From NCBI GenBank assembly GCA_028534125.1, contig CM052818.1, forward strand, positions 42,472,001 to 42,532,000: 60,000 nt of DNA. Reading direction: 5' to 3'. The notes beneath the pieces were generated by a model. The model was given only the letters and a program-made list of their open reading frames with translations. It was not told where the DNA came from and searched no databases. The DNA is from Lama glama. Taxonomy: Eukaryota. This document shows positions 1 through 13,069 of this stretch, piece after piece. The translations under genes and the position numbers were made by a program. Position 1 is the stretch's first letter; every line of letters begins with the position of its first letter.

Positions 1-125
1 CATCTGTAAAATATGGATAATAGCCATCTGTACCTGATAAGATTATCGCAGAGAAGAAAGGAGAGAAGGCACACGAAATACTTCAACAGAGTTGCTTCTA
101 TTCGGTGCTTAATACATGCGAGCTA
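1..125 (+). mobile_element. MIR SINE fragment
   Basis: Starts with the MIR core CATCTGTAAAAT..GGATAATA, followed by a degenerate MIR 3' part. Confidence 0.65.
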
Positions 126-699
126 CCTCAAGCTTATCGTATTCTTGTGGATCTAAGACTTTTGAGAACCCAACCATAGTATGTAGCATAATTTTTGCCA
201 TGAAAGTGGCATCCATGAATACGCCTTCTGGTGGCCCCACTTCCACAGAAAGTGGGGCTGGAGGCTTGTTGTGGGCTCTCCAACCTCATTGATAGGAAGG
301 GCCCCCAGTGCCCAGCTGTACACCTGCTCCCAGTGGCTGATGGAAACGTCCACGTTATACACACAAGCAGGACAGGGGTGAGCCTCGCGGAGCAGGGTTC
401 CCCTTGGGGCAGCTTCTTTTTACTGTGAGCCTCTTCCCTGGATTTGGGGCATCACACACGCTGTGCGGGACCCCAGCAGACTCCCCAGGGGAGGATGATT
501 TTATAAACTTATCCCCCACTGGACTCCACATCTTCCCCAAACTGCGTGTAAGAGTCCCTGCCTCACCCTGATAAAAAGCAAAGGCTCCGAGGCTGGGGCA
601 TGAGGAGGGCTGGGGTCCTGCAGAAAGATGACACACCCGGAGGCAAGTCGAAGACAGCTGCCAACTGGGAAGCTCTCTAATGTTACCTATTTAACATAC

Positions 700-905
700 A
701 CAAAACATTGACTACGCCCAGGCACTGCTTTACGTCTTTTTACAAATATCAACTCAATTAATCCATGAAACCACATTATGAGGCAAATACTATGATCATC
801 CCCATTGACGGAGAAGGAAGCAGAGGCCCAGAGAGGTCAGAACACTGGTCTGAGGTTCCGCCGTGGGCCGGGGCTGAGCTGGGAGTCACACCACGCTGCC
901 TGTGT
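700..905 (-). mobile_element. MIR SINE
   Basis: ATCCCCATTGACGGAGAAGGAAGCAGAGGCCCAGAGAGGTCAG resembles the antisense MIR core (CCCATTTTACAGATGAGGAAACTGAGGCTCAGAGAGGTTAAG). Confidence 0.75.
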
Positions 906-1545
906 TAGCTGTCTGAAGCAAAGGGAAGGCTGCATTTCTCATCGGACCCTGCAGTAGATGCACCTTCACACTCACATCCAGGGAATGAGGTAATGAATAG
1001 TGGACCCGTCTCCGTCTCCCAGGGGTGACGGGGGCCATGTTCCCCCCGCCCCAGGGCTCCAGCTGGATCTCCTGACCAGACCTCTGCCCTGCCCTGTTCT
1101 CCAGGTTGTCACTTGTTATCTGAGTCTCCATGTCTTAAGCCATAAGATGGGACAGTGGTGTTGCCCACCGCCCAGGACTGGGGTGAGGACTGATGATGCT
1201 GGCGTGTGTGTGAAAACCTTTGTCCCCAAGCCCCTATGCATGATGACCATATTGTTTCACAGGTGGTGGGGATTCCCTGCCAGGTGATCCCGACTCCCCC
1301 GGGGCTTCCCACCCTCAGCCCGTCCGTGGCTGAACTGGAGACCCTCCCTCCCTTCTCTACCTGCTCGGCCCTCAAGGCTTGGCCAGAACACAGAGGACCC
1401 CTCTTTGCTGAGTCTGAACCCCCTCTGTGATGACAGTACTGGTTCTTCATCCCTCCCTCCTGCTCTGACCTCTGTAGCCTGCACACCCCACACTCTGTCT
1501 GCTTTTCTGGAACCCTGACTCCAAACCATGGTCCCCCACTTCCTC

Positions 1546-1960
1546 TTGGTTTTAGTTATTCTTTGCTGCTTAACAAACTACCCAAGAACATCGTGGCTGA
1601 AAGCACCCATGTTTGTGATTTCTCAGGATTCTGGGTCGGGAACTCGGACAGAGCAGAGTGGTGATGGCTCATCTCTATCCCCTGCGATGTCTTCCAGGAA
1701 CAGAACAAAGCGGGCAGCATCTTTGCTCATCTGTTCCCTTGGCTGGGAAGGCTGGGCTCGGCTGGGTTGCCGTCTTTGAGTCATCTCCATGGCCACTCCA
1801 CTTGGTCACCTTATGTCACCCTTCCGGCAGGACAGCCAGACTTCGTACATGGAGGCTAGGGTCCCCCACAGCACAGAGCAGGACCGCCAAGTCTTCCTGA
1901 GACCGAGGCCTGGAGCTGGCAGAGCACCTGTTCCTCCTGGCAGTGAGGCCAGGAGGGGTG
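1546..1960 (-). mobile_element. MaLR LTR (old MLT1 type)
   Basis: TTAGTTATTCTTTGCTGCTTAACAAACTACCCAAGAACATCGTGGCTGAAAGCA..TTCTCAGGATTCTGGGTC is the typical antisense MLT1 end. Confidence 0.7.
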
Positions 1961-3712
1961 TAAGCCAGGTGGTGAGGTGAGTGTGGGCAGCGGTGGCTCA
2001 CTGGGTCACTTTGGAGCCTGGCCACCACCTCTCTGTGTCCTTTAATGATGACAGTGGTTGAAAATGAACCTGCATGCTTGTTTCCAGCCTACACAGAAAC
2101 TTCCCCAAGACTTTCCACAGTGAACCTCAGTGACAAACTCATGCTCGCCCCAGATGCCCCTGAAATTCCTGATTAATGACTGTCACCGGCTGGAGAACCA
2201 GTGGTCACAGAGACCTGACGATCAGTAGTCGGCCTCATTCAGGCACTGGAAGCCTCCTCTGCTTGGCTGATGCGGTCAGGCTTTCTGAGAGCAAATGCAA
2301 GGGCAGCGAATGGCTCAGACGAGTCCACAACAAATTATTTCTTTTTTTCCTGTTAATAAAGCCTGTTCCTGATAAACCCAGGGGACAGTCAGCTGGCAGA
2401 ATGCTGCTGTCTTGCCTCCGCTCCCGCCCAGCCCAGTCTCAGCTGCTTCGTGGGTGCAGAGCAGAATGCTGAGACCCAGCAAGTGGGTCTGTGCACCTGA
2501 GCACACTCTGTCCTTTTGAGAGGAAGGGCTGGGTTGGGACAAATCTGGGACAGGCCAGGGTTAGGACCCTCAGAGAAGGGGAGCAGAGGAGGCAGTGCAC
2601 TTGTCCCCCAGGGCAGCATTTCCCAGACTGTGTTCCTGGTGACACCAACCCTGAGGGTGAGAAGAGGTGCCATTCCCCAAAAGGGGTCCCCAACAATGAG
2701 TCTTGGAGAAGCACATCTTCTAATGGTTTCCTCACGGCGAATTGGCACATCAGCATATCGAAGGCCTGCAGTGAGGGAACATATCCAACTCTGCTCAGCA
2801 TAAGCACTCCCAGACTGCCTTATAGATCCTCCTTTCCTTCTCAGGATAAGGTTCAAGACCAGCCTTCTGAAGAGCATACTTTGCAAGGGCTTCCTTGGGG
2901 CAGCCAGGGAGGCCCAGCCCAATTTTCAGATGCAGAGGGAAGAGCTGGGCTCTGAGCAGGAGAAAAGGGGAGAGTCTATACACAGTAGGGCCTAGAGCGG
3001 ATGGGCCTGGACAGGAGGCAGGGCAGGGTCCAGACATTGATGGCTTCGTCAGTTGGCTTCACTTCCTGTCTGCCATGGTGGCCAGCCTGGTTTCAAGGGC
3101 AGAACTCCTTTCAGTGAGCCCTGTTGATTGGCCCCATGAGTGTGGTCCAGGGAAGGAGGGGCAGCTGCTTCACCCAGACCTCCAAGCTCCAAATGGCCAT
3201 GTGTGACCCAACCCTGCAAAGCCCCAGACAGCCATGGTTACCCTGTGACGTCTGATACAAATTGCAGAGGGGCACAACTCCCTCCCTGTACTACATCTAG
3301 TTGACAGAGCATTGCAGTGAAAATTGGCTCTCGTTAGCATTGGATGGGGAAGAGAATAAAAGAGAAAGCAAGGGAGAGAAAGAGAAAATGATCATTCAAC
3401 TTTCCCAATTATCCTTTGCTAGAACGGTAAAATGAGTTTCACATACATATTTAATGTGATTTTTTTTCTTTTTTACAAAAAAATACAACCTATATGGATT
3501 AAATTAAGAAGCTCCCGAAAGGTAGCTGATTTAACTGCATCTTTAAAAAAATCCTGAGACCTTTTCTTCTGCAAATGTGGTATAATTATCCTCTTAACTG
3601 CGTATTTTCAGCTGAAAATTCAAATGCTATAGGGTGTGAGAGTATTTTGTAAGCCACAAAATGATGCACGCATGTCAGTTATCAATATCCTGTTGCCACT
3701 ACTGATGCCCTT

Positions 3713-4013
3713 TGTCATGGACTGAATGTTTGTGTCACCCCAAGATCCATATTAAAGCCCTAATCCCTAATGCGATTGTATTTGGAGACAAGGCCTATGA
3801 GGAGGTGATAAAGGTTAAATGATGTCACAGTTGTGGGGCCCTAATCAGATAGGGCTGGTACCTTTATAAGAAGAGCAAGAAACACCAGAGATCTCTTTCT
3901 GTCCATGCACACTCAGGGAAAAGCCGTATGAGGATGCTGGGAGAAGGTGGTCGTCTGCAAGCCAGGAAGAGAGCTCTCCCCAGGAGTCAAATCGGCCAGC
4001 ACCATGATCTTGG
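3713..4013 (+). mobile_element. MaLR LTR, MLT1A-like, 3' part missing
   Basis: TGTCATGGACTGAATGTTTGTGTCACCCCAA...GGGCCCTAATCAGATAGGGCTGG..CTTTATAAGAAGAG...TCTGCAAGCCAGGAAGAGAG. Confidence 0.85.
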
Positions 4014-4894
4014 TCATGGCCTCTGGTGGCAAAAACTTGGTTTATTTTCTAGATGTGTGATGTTGTATGTGAGCTGTTATGTAAGCTGCCTTTCAAACAT
4101 CACAAAGAGCGAAGATTAGATGCTGACCCTGAAGAATTTACATGTGGATCATGACTTAGCTGAAGAACCTCTTTGACCAAGGTCCTTAGTGGCTATTTTT
4201 AGGGTCACTTCCTGTGGCCCCAGGTTGGTAGTTCTATTAGCTATAGTTACTATACATATTTTTGCACATCAACTATGAGCCTGAAAAAATGTTGGGCATT
4301 TTTGTATATCCTGTTTTACGTAATTAAATATAATCCAGTCATCCCCCACAATAGGAAGTAATTGGCCTAAATAATCAAATTTAAGCTCTAGATCCAACTA
4401 CTGTATCTTTTAGCATCTAATCTCCTAGGTAGTTGTTCCTTTGTCACAAGTACTTATTTTCCCCCAGGGATTAAAACCATTTTTCCAAGGTTTACAGTGG
4501 CAGAACTGGGATTAGAGACTGGGTGTCTCTGACTGGAATGAAATCAAGTGTTCCTTCATTAGAAGTCTATTTATCGGTTATCTGTACTAAGTTTCTGACA
4601 GTGGGCCAGGAACTGGGGTATACAGTCCACTAAGACAGACCCTAACGGGAATAAACACTTTTTAATTAAAATCCTTTGAAATTTTCATAGTAGTAGTTAA
4701 ATAAAAAGCCACTATGGATAAATAAAACGCCATTAGTACTAAGGGCTTACATTATAAGTATATACATGCAGTTCCTCCCTCCAATTTTCCCAAAGGCAAT
4801 AACTTCCAACTCTTTTCAGCTACTTCTGGTATTTACTATCATGTTTTGAAATACCGACACATTTATTTCTCTGTTTTTTGGCTTTGTTTTTGTT

Positions 4895-6674
4895 TTTCCT
4901 TCTGGTTTTATTGAGATATAATTGACATAGAGTGCTGTGTAAGTGTAAGGTGTACACTGTATGATTTGACTTACATATGTCATGAAATGACTTCCAACAC
5001 AAGTTTAGTGGACATCCGTCATCTCATATACATATAAAATTAAAGAAATAGAAAAACATTTTTTTTCCTTGTGATGAGAACTCTTAGGATTTACTCTCAA
5101 CAGCTTTCATATATAACATACAGCAGTGTTAATTGTATTGATCATGTTGTACATCACATCCCTCATACTTATTTATCTTGCAACTGGAAGCTTGTATTTT
5201 TTGACTGCCTTCATCCAATTCCCCCTCCCCTCACCCCCACCTCTGGTAACCATAAATCTGATCTCTTTATATTTATTTGATTTTGAAGTACAACCAACCT
5301 GTAACACAGTGTTAGTTCCTGGTAGACAACATAGTGATTTGATATTTCTAAACATCTCAAAACGATCACCAGGATAAGTCTAGTTACCATCTGTCCCCAT
5401 ACAAAGATACTGCATAATGATTGACTCTATTCCTCCCACATTGTACATTTCATATCATGTCTTGTTTATCTTGTAACTGAAAGTTTGTACCTTTTAATCA
5501 CCCTCACCTATTTCTCTTCTCTCTTCACTCCCTCCCCTCTGTCAACCACCTGTTTATTCTCTATTTTTATGACTCTGTTGCTGTTTAGTTACATTTTTTA
5601 TGTTTTGTTGTTTAGAATTCACATGTAAGTGAAATTGTACAGTATTTGTCTTTCTCTGTCTGACATACCCTCTGGATTTATTCATGTTGTGGCAAATGGC
5701 TATATTTCATTTTCTTCATGGCTTCTTAATATTCCATTGTGTATATATACACCACATCTTCTTTATTCATTTATCTGTTGCTTCCATATCTTGGCTATTG
5801 TAAATAATGCTGCTATGAGCAATGGGGTGTATGCATCTTTTTGAATACGTGTTTTCATTTTCTTCGGTTAAATACCCAGGAGTAGACTTGCTAGATCATA
5901 TGGTAGTTCTACTTTTAATTTTTTGAGGCATCTCCATACTGTTTTCCATAGTGGCTGCACTAATTTACATTCCTACCAACAGTGCATGAGGATTTCCTTT
6001 TCTCCACATCCTCGCCAACACTTGTTATTTGTTGTTTTTTAGATAATAGCCATTCTGACAGGTGTGAGGTGAAATCGTGGGGATGATTTGCACTTCCCAG
6101 ATGAGGTCTGTTTTTGTGCCAATACTGTACTGTTTTGATTACTGTAGCTTTGTAGTATAGTTTGAAACCAGGGGGTATGATACCTTTGGCTTTATTCTTC
6201 TTAAGATTCTTTTGGCTATTTAGGATCTTTTGTGTTTCGATATAAATTTTAGAATTATTTGTTCTAGTTCTGTGAAAAATGCCATTGGTATTTCAATAGG
6301 GATTGAATTGAATCTGTAGTTTGCCTTGGGTAGTATGGTCATTTTAACAATATTAATTCTTCTCCATGAGCATGGTATATCTTTCTGTTTGTGTAGTCTT
6401 CAGTTTCTTTCATCAGTGTCTTACAGTTTTCAGAGTACAGATCTTTTACCTCCTTAGTTAGATTTATTCCTACATATTTTATTCTTTTTGATGTGATTGT
6501 AAATGGGATTGTTTTCTTCAATTCTCTAATAGTTCATTGTGAGTTTGTAGAAATGCAATGGATTTTGGTATATTAATTTTGTGTTCTGTAACTTTACCAA
6601 ATTTATTGATGAGTGTTTGTAGATGATATGATACTATATGTAGGAAATCCTAAAGACACCACCAAAAAATACTA
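4895..6674 (-). mobile_element. LINE-1 (3' UTR plus ORF2 3' portion), internally deleted, with short 5' inversion
   Basis: T-rich tail then TTTATTGAGATATAATTGACATA 3' UTR; ORF2 remnant 6339-6521 ([38 protein letters not shown]); RT motif FVDDMTIYVGNPKDTTKK on the + strand at 6616-6669. Confidence 0.92.
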
Positions 6675-6695
6675 TCTATCTATCTATCTATCTAT
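6672..6695. repeat. (CTAT)n microsatellite
   Basis: CTATCTATCTATCTATCTATCTAT directly at the L1 5' junction. Confidence 0.9.
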
Positions 6696-6929
6696 TTGTG
6701 TTAAGTCTGACACAAATACAGAAAATTGTGTAAAGCAAATGAACTATTAAAAGAGGAACACCCTTGTACCCACCTCCTTGTCATGAGATGGAAGCTGAAG
6801 TTGCCCAGATGCCTTCCCCAAGCCCACTCCCCAAACACAGCCCCATTATTTCCCAAACTCTGCACTATCCCTTTACCGTCCTTGTCCTTCTCAACTGGCT
6901 CTCTTCCCAGCAGTTTTCCTCAGGGTGGC

Positions 6930-7372
6930 ACTTTTTCCTGGAAAGGATCCTTGGCTCATTAATTCTGAGACTTCACAGGGCTCAGACTGCTTCATCCCCT
7001 TCAGAGTGTACAGAGGGCACCAGGTACTCACTTGCTAGTGGAGTGTGTGAACCACCCCTCCTTTCTAGCTGTTACAGCAGTTTGGGACCTGAGCTCTCTA
7101 GTGAATGCTTGTTGGTTATTTTGCAGCTCCTGGGTCCACCAGCTGCCTCTCTGCTTCCTTCTGCACCGATGCTGATAGCATGCGAATCTTATAACTTGTC
7201 TGTGGCTTGTCCTCACCCACCCGTAACTTGGAGCTCATAGGGCACCTCATCACCTGGTTTTGTTGTAAACTAGGTTTTGGTTTTTGCTAATTTAGTTTCT
7301 TTATGAGTTTTTAGAGGGGTGATTTGGGGAGATTAAAAAACACATTGTTCTCACTGCCATCTTCCCAGAATC
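6930..7372 (-). mobile_element. Ancient L1/HAL1-type 5' region
   Basis: Ends in GCCATCTTCCCAGAATC, a typical antisense 5' terminus of old L1M/HAL1 elements. Confidence 0.45.
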
Positions 7373-7640
7373 TTACGCTATATTTCATGGATATTTCATG
7401 GTTTATCATTTTAAGACATTACTCATTGATTTTCCATCAGAGTAGACAGGAATTCAGCTTTCTCACAGTTCAGGGCCCACTCACTCACTTTCCCTTCCTC
7501 TAATCTTCCAATAAAGTTACTTCCCTGTAAAGTCAGTGTCTATTACTATAACTGTATTGTTTAAATAACATATTATGTTCATGTTTCTTTTCTTATACAT
7601 ATTTTTAGGGATTCCCCCCTGGAAAGTATTCTTCTGGGAT

Positions 7641-7700
7641 TATATATTATGTTATGTTATGTTATATTATATTATATTATATTATATTATATATCTATAT
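7641..7700. repeat. AT-rich (TATTA/TATAT)n low-complexity repeat
   Basis: TATATATTATGTTATGTTATGTTATATTATATTATATTAT... Confidence 0.85.
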
Positions 7701-7729
7701 AAAATTTTAAAAAATATTTTCCTGCTCCC

Positions 7730-8695
7730 AACATTATCTGTGTCCTTTAAATTCTTTATTTTGGTTCCCATCCTTCATGCTAGAGGCTTTCCTCAAATTT
7801 CTGTTTATCTCTGGTTGTCTGTTCATACAATATGAGTGGACTTAAAAGTGAAATGAAGTTTCCCCTGTGGATTTGTGTTGGGGAGAGGACTTGTTGATAA
7901 GTGGAACTGTTGCAGACTTGCCTTTTGTCTTCTGATTAGGTCTTTTCTTCCCGAGTTGATCCCATTCCCCAGAGAAGTGTCCTCTGATCCCCTGCATGGA
8001 AGGTATTTCCCTGGACTGAGGACGGGGTCAGGATGGTAGGTAGACTCTGAGGAGTAATGCCCCTGTGTATAGCCTTTCTCTTCTCTGGCAAACAAGCCGT
8101 GTCTTCTCTATTTCAGTTTCCATTGAACCAACTTTGTCTTCGTTCCTGTCCATCTTTGTGCATCTATGCATGAATACTTCCATGCCACTGCTCCCTATCA
8201 GTATATGTATTAAATGTCAATAGAGCTTGTTTTCATTTTTTAAAAGAAAAATTATAAATAGAAGTTCTAATATTTTCTTCCCATTCCCAAATAAATCATC
8301 TCGCATACCACTCCCTTGGGATTTGTGCATCTGCGCCAGAGAACCAATGTCTGGAAGGGAAAGCTTCTAGAGTGAAGCAGTAGCAACTTCCCTCTCTCTG
8401 TAGACATGCACCTTCCTTCCTTGTCTTGAGCCTGATGCATCTCATCTGCCTTCAGTGGGCCTCGTGCCTCCATGTCCTGGGCTCCCGTAAATACTCATCT
8501 CTACAGTCCTGGGAGGCAGCTTCCCTTAGACTCTCCTCCAGCTTCAGAAGTTAATTTGACTTCTCTTATTTCCAGTGGTACCTTTACTAGTATCCTTTGT
8601 CTCTGTGGATTCAGACTTTACAAATCCTTTTACTGTCATCTTAATGACCTTTTGAGAGGGAAAGGGATTAACACATATGTTCCATCTGCCAGAAA
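7730..8695 (-). mobile_element. HAL1/ancient L1 fragments
   Basis: TTCATGCTAGAGGCTTTCCTCAAAT..TGGTTGTCTGTTCATA and terminal ACATATGTTCCATCTGCCA resemble HAL1 antisense. Confidence 0.45.
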
Positions 8696-9716
8696 TACAT
8701 TTTAACAATTAGCAATTAATATATATAAACAGAAGAGCATTAACATTTAAACAGCTTAAGTATTTTAAAAACCTCACATTAATGTAACATCTCTTATCTC
8801 CAAAGCACTTTAGGACATAGCCCTTCATTAGAGTACCTCACGAGGTAAACAGCAGAGAGATTATTACCCTCCTCCTAGGGGGCAAGGCTGAGTCCTAGAG
8901 TACTTATGGGACCAGAGTAGCAGTGGGACTGGGTCAGACAAAAATATGTGACTCCTGGTTGTTATCGCTGTGGTTGTTTTAATCCCACCACCTGGCCATG
9001 AACTCAAGGAATATTCTGCACTTTTCTAAGAACTGCAATTCTGTGGAATTCAAGCACATTAGTGCTTACTGATGGGCACTGAAGACGAGAATATACGGAT
9101 GGGACCCCACTTTGTGTACGCGGAGGCTTTAGTTGACTACTGAAATGTAAACATGACTCTTCTAATGCATTTTTAATAGTCTCCATTTCTGAACATTAGC
9201 CAAAGTTTGCATCTTTAGCAGTAACAGGTTTGCCATACAGGCCAATTCCTCCCTGAAGAATTCTTCTGAAGATCTGAACTTAACACCAGCCGTTTCCTTT
9301 ATTTCCTTGTTCCAGTGAGTTGATTGTCCTGTGTGTGAGTTCCGAGGTCTGTGGGAGGGGAATTTACTGGGCTTTAACTGATCGGACAGCCTTGGTCAGC
9401 TTGCGGGTTGACATCACTCTCTACCCTAATGTCTCTAGGCTGCTAGGATGTTGACTTAGAAACTCCTCCTCAGAATGGACTGAAAAAGCCTGTTTTCTTC
9501 AAGTTCATTATTCATTGGTTGTATTTTCAGCCTGACAGGCGATAAGCAATCCGTTATAGATTTTAAAACTATCAATTCTACACTAGTAGGTATAAGATAT
9601 TATTTGTGGTAAATAATATCTTTGTGCTAATCCCAGGTCAGGCCCAGCCAGGTTTTTCTGCCTCTGTAACCACCTTTACCCCCTCTCCCTGGAGTTGCCT
9701 TACTCCAACATGGACA

Positions 9717-10234
9717 CATTACCAAGTCCAAACTCATATGGCTCCCCCCACGTCAGGCCAGTAAATCAAGTAACAAGTTGTTGGGGCAAGGAATAGCGAT
9801 TTTATGGAGAAAGCCAGCAGACTGAGAAGACAGTGGTCTGGTGTCCCAAAGAATCATCTTAACCCAAGTTAGAATTCAGGCTCCTTTTATACTAGATGCA
9901 GAAGGGGTGTGGTTGGTTGTTGCAAACTTCTTGGTGCCAGAACCCTTTGTTCTTGCAGCTGTCCACATAGATCTGGTCACAATGTTCCCATAAACCTCGA
10001 ACAAGACAATTGTTGTCTTCTGTTCTGCGACTTTTTCTCTATATGAATGGAATAGTGTTATACCTTTAAAGGTCAGAGCCTTGAGAATGGGCTGTCTTGT
10101 GTATTTCAGGCTCTAGGCAACATTCTTTTACAAAAGGTGCAGAGCCAGCTTGACTGAGCCCAGGACACAGAGCACAAAGGTTAGAGCAAAAGGAATAGAT
10201 CCAATAGGGGTCAGGGTTGTTCTTCTCTGTTACA
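9717..10234 (-). mobile_element. ERV1-class solo LTR
   Basis: ~520 bp unit (TTACCAAGTCCAAACTC...TTGGGGCAAGGAATAGCGA...TGTTACA) matching my recollection of laurasiatherian ERV1 LTRs; TATA-like CTTTTATAC in antisense. Confidence 0.75.
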
Positions 10235-10302
10235 GCCACCCAACCTTTCCTGAACCAGAAACATTTAGACATGAGAAGGATATAAATAACTCTTTATCTG
10301 TT

Positions 10303-10347
10303 TTGTGTCTGTGTGTGTGTGTCTGTGTGTGTGTGTGTGTCTGTGTG
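10303..10347. repeat. Interrupted (TG)n microsatellite
   Basis: TGTGTCTGTGTGTGTGTGTCTGTGTGTGTGTGTGTGTCTGTGTG. Confidence 0.9.
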
Positions 10348-10569
10348 CCTGTGGGGTGTTTTCAACATCCAGTCCTTTTTCTGAGCCAATAAATAAAAGC
10401 AAGATAGTGTCGTGAAAAGGACTCAAGATTTGGGGCTGGTTACACTTGGGTATGGATCTCATATCTACCCTTACAGTCGATAGGAGCTTAGGTAAGTCAT
10501 TCACCTTCTATGAGTCTTGGTATACTTAATCGAGGTAAATTAAAAGTGCCTAGCATAGACTTACATGTA

Positions 10570-11147
10570 AAGTTAAATATACCCTTACCATATAACCCAG
10601 TAATTCGACTCCTTGGAAGCTATCCAAGAGAAAAAGAACATGTGTCTACACAAAGACTTATATACAAATATTGCTAAGAGTTTTATTAATAATAACTTCA
10701 GGTAGGAATGGCCCAAAAGCCCATCAATGGGCAAACAAATAAACAAATTATGGTATATTCCTACAATAGAATTCTACCCAGCAATTAAAAAAAACTGTTG
10801 AGATATGCTACATTCTTCTCAACATAATGATGATTCTTGAAAATATGCTGAGAAAGAGGAGCCAGACACAAAAGACTGCATGTTGTGTGGTTGTGTAGGA
10901 AACTTTTAGAAAGACAAATCTAATCAATAATGATAGAAATCGAATCAATGCTAACCTGGGGCAGGGGTGAGGGACTGACGGGGAAGAGGCACAGAGGAAT
11001 CTTTGGGGATAGAAATGTTCCCATGTCTTGATGTGGGAGTAGTTATGTGAATATACACATTAGTCAAAATTCACCGAACTGTATGCTTAAAATGTGCGTG
11101 TTTTATTGTATGTAAATGACACCTTAATAAAGTGGATTTTTAAAGAA
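10570..11147 (+). mobile_element. Old L1 (L1MC/L1ME type) 3' end
   Basis: CCCTTACCATATAACCCAGTAATT..ACAAAGACTT..CCCATCAATGGG...ATTGTATGTAAAT..CCTTAATAAAG. Confidence 0.85.
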
Positions 11148-11321
11148 TGGCTGGCACAGTGCCTGACGTGTAGTTAGCGCTCAGGAGGTGTTGCTTCTCT
11201 CTTTGTTGGTGCTCAGGGAAGACAGCATTGCACGGTCCCTGCCTTGGCTCAGTCTTGTGAGTGGAACGAAAACAGATGTCTTCAGTGCCCCTCCCCTTCC
11301 TCTGAGCTTTCAGCACACAAT

Positions 11322-11570
11322 TGTCTTAGTCCGTTTGGCCTACAAAACAGAATACTGTAGACAGGGTGGCTTAAACAACAGCACTGTATTTTCTCACAGT
11401 TCGGGAGGGTAGGAAGTCCAAGATCAAGGCTGCTGCCCATTTATTTTCTGGTGAGAACTCTCTTCCTGGCTTGCAGATGACCACCTCTTTCTGTGTTCTC
11501 ACGTGGCCTTTCCTTGGGGTGGGGACATGCAGACAGGGATGTCTCTCTTCTTCTCCTTTTAAGGTTACCG
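11322..11570 (-). mobile_element. MaLR LTR, MLT1A-like, partial
   Basis: TGTCTTAGTCCGTTTGG..ACAGGGTGGCTTAAACAACAG..TTTCTCACAGTTC..GAAGTCCAAGATCAAGG. Confidence 0.85.
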
Positions 11571-13069
11571 ATACCTCAAGCTGCGAGCAGAGGGATCATT
11601 TGTGGAGGAGAGTGTGATTCTGACATAGGGACCAGAGACAGTTCTTGAAAGAGGTGGGGTTTGAACTGAGCCTTAAAAGATACATATAGCTTTTTCAGGG
11701 AACTCTTATGGGACCCAGAGAAAGGAGGAAGGGAGGGAGGGGGAAAGAGCAAGAGATGTTGAGATATTGATGTATTGGAATGGGAGTGAGCTGAGTGAGA
11801 CCTAGTCCGTGTCCTCAAGGATGTCACGGTCTAGCGGGGGAGTGGGGTGAGTAGCAGATAAAGCACTTGTCACATTGCCCTGGGTTTGATGCATAATTTC
11901 CCAAGTGTTGTGGGTTCCCAGAGGTTATCCAGTGTCAAGCACCCCAAGAGAGCCCTCAGTGTGGAGCTCCCTCACACCAAGGCTCCAACAGGAGGGAAAA
12001 CTCAGCTTTTGAAAAACTCTCCTTAGGCACAGCTCCAAAATTCAGTACAGAGTTCACAGTTCTGTTTTAATGGCTTTGGCTAAATTCATGTTCAGCATTT
12101 GATTTAGAGCTTGCAGTGTTAATATTTTGTGCATAGGGCCAATTCTCTGGTGATTTTAATGTTTCATTTATCGACTGATTTAACTTTTAATAGTATCCAA
12201 AGCCATCTCATTAGATTACAGTGCTGAAAGAGTGCCGCTGGAATAGCTATCCTGTTGTTCAAGTAAATTCAATTTGGACGGATGTAGCCCAGGGCGAGAG
12301 GCAATCGTGATCTCTGAAGTATTTTGCCACCCTGTATTCCAAACAAGTCTTAGCCTTCTCTGTGTGCAGGACTTGGACGTGACAGACAATTCTCCGAAGA
12401 TCTTGGGGGACCAGGGGAGAAATATGATCTGGCATGGCCAGCGCTCATCGTCCCAGTAAAGTGCACATGAGTGCTGTGTCCCTGTCACAGCCTTATTTGG
12501 GGAGTTCTTAGAGGATGGTGGCTGTGCCTGGTTAATCTCTGAATCCCCTGCAAAGCTTCTGATGCAAGGCAGAGACTTATTAAACGTGTGAATTGAATGA
12601 GACCTGAATTTCCGTTTCCAGGCGCCAGAAAGTTCTGTCCTTGGTCCTGAACTGTTTAGTGGTTTTTAAACAACGTCTTTGATGGAGTCGTAAAGGACAT
12701 TTTCTGATACTTTATGATCATAAGCAGGGAGGGGCTATAAAGACACTGAGTGAAAGAACCAATACAATATCAAAAAGATTTTTCTATCCTGAAACACCCT
12801 CCATCTAATAAAAAACGTAGCAGATAAATGATCTTGTAATATTGTATAATCATAGACGTGTATTTATATGGTCTTCAAAACAGCCAACTTTTCTTTTGGC
12901 CACGTGATGTATGGAAGTTGTGCAGACCGTGGAAATGACAGCACTGCTCTGATCAGACCATATTCACACCCCTTCCTTCAATTCTGACACCTGTGCCAAA
13001 CTCTCAAACTCTTGAAAGAAAACTCTCAGGTGAAAAAAATACAGCTTTTCTAGAGACACAGAAACATTA

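Noticed and set aside
2389..2955. Overlapping 150-177 aa ORFs on both strands
   Set aside because: No recognisable domain, overlapping frames and no convincing splice structure; consistent with chance ORFs in GC-richer DNA
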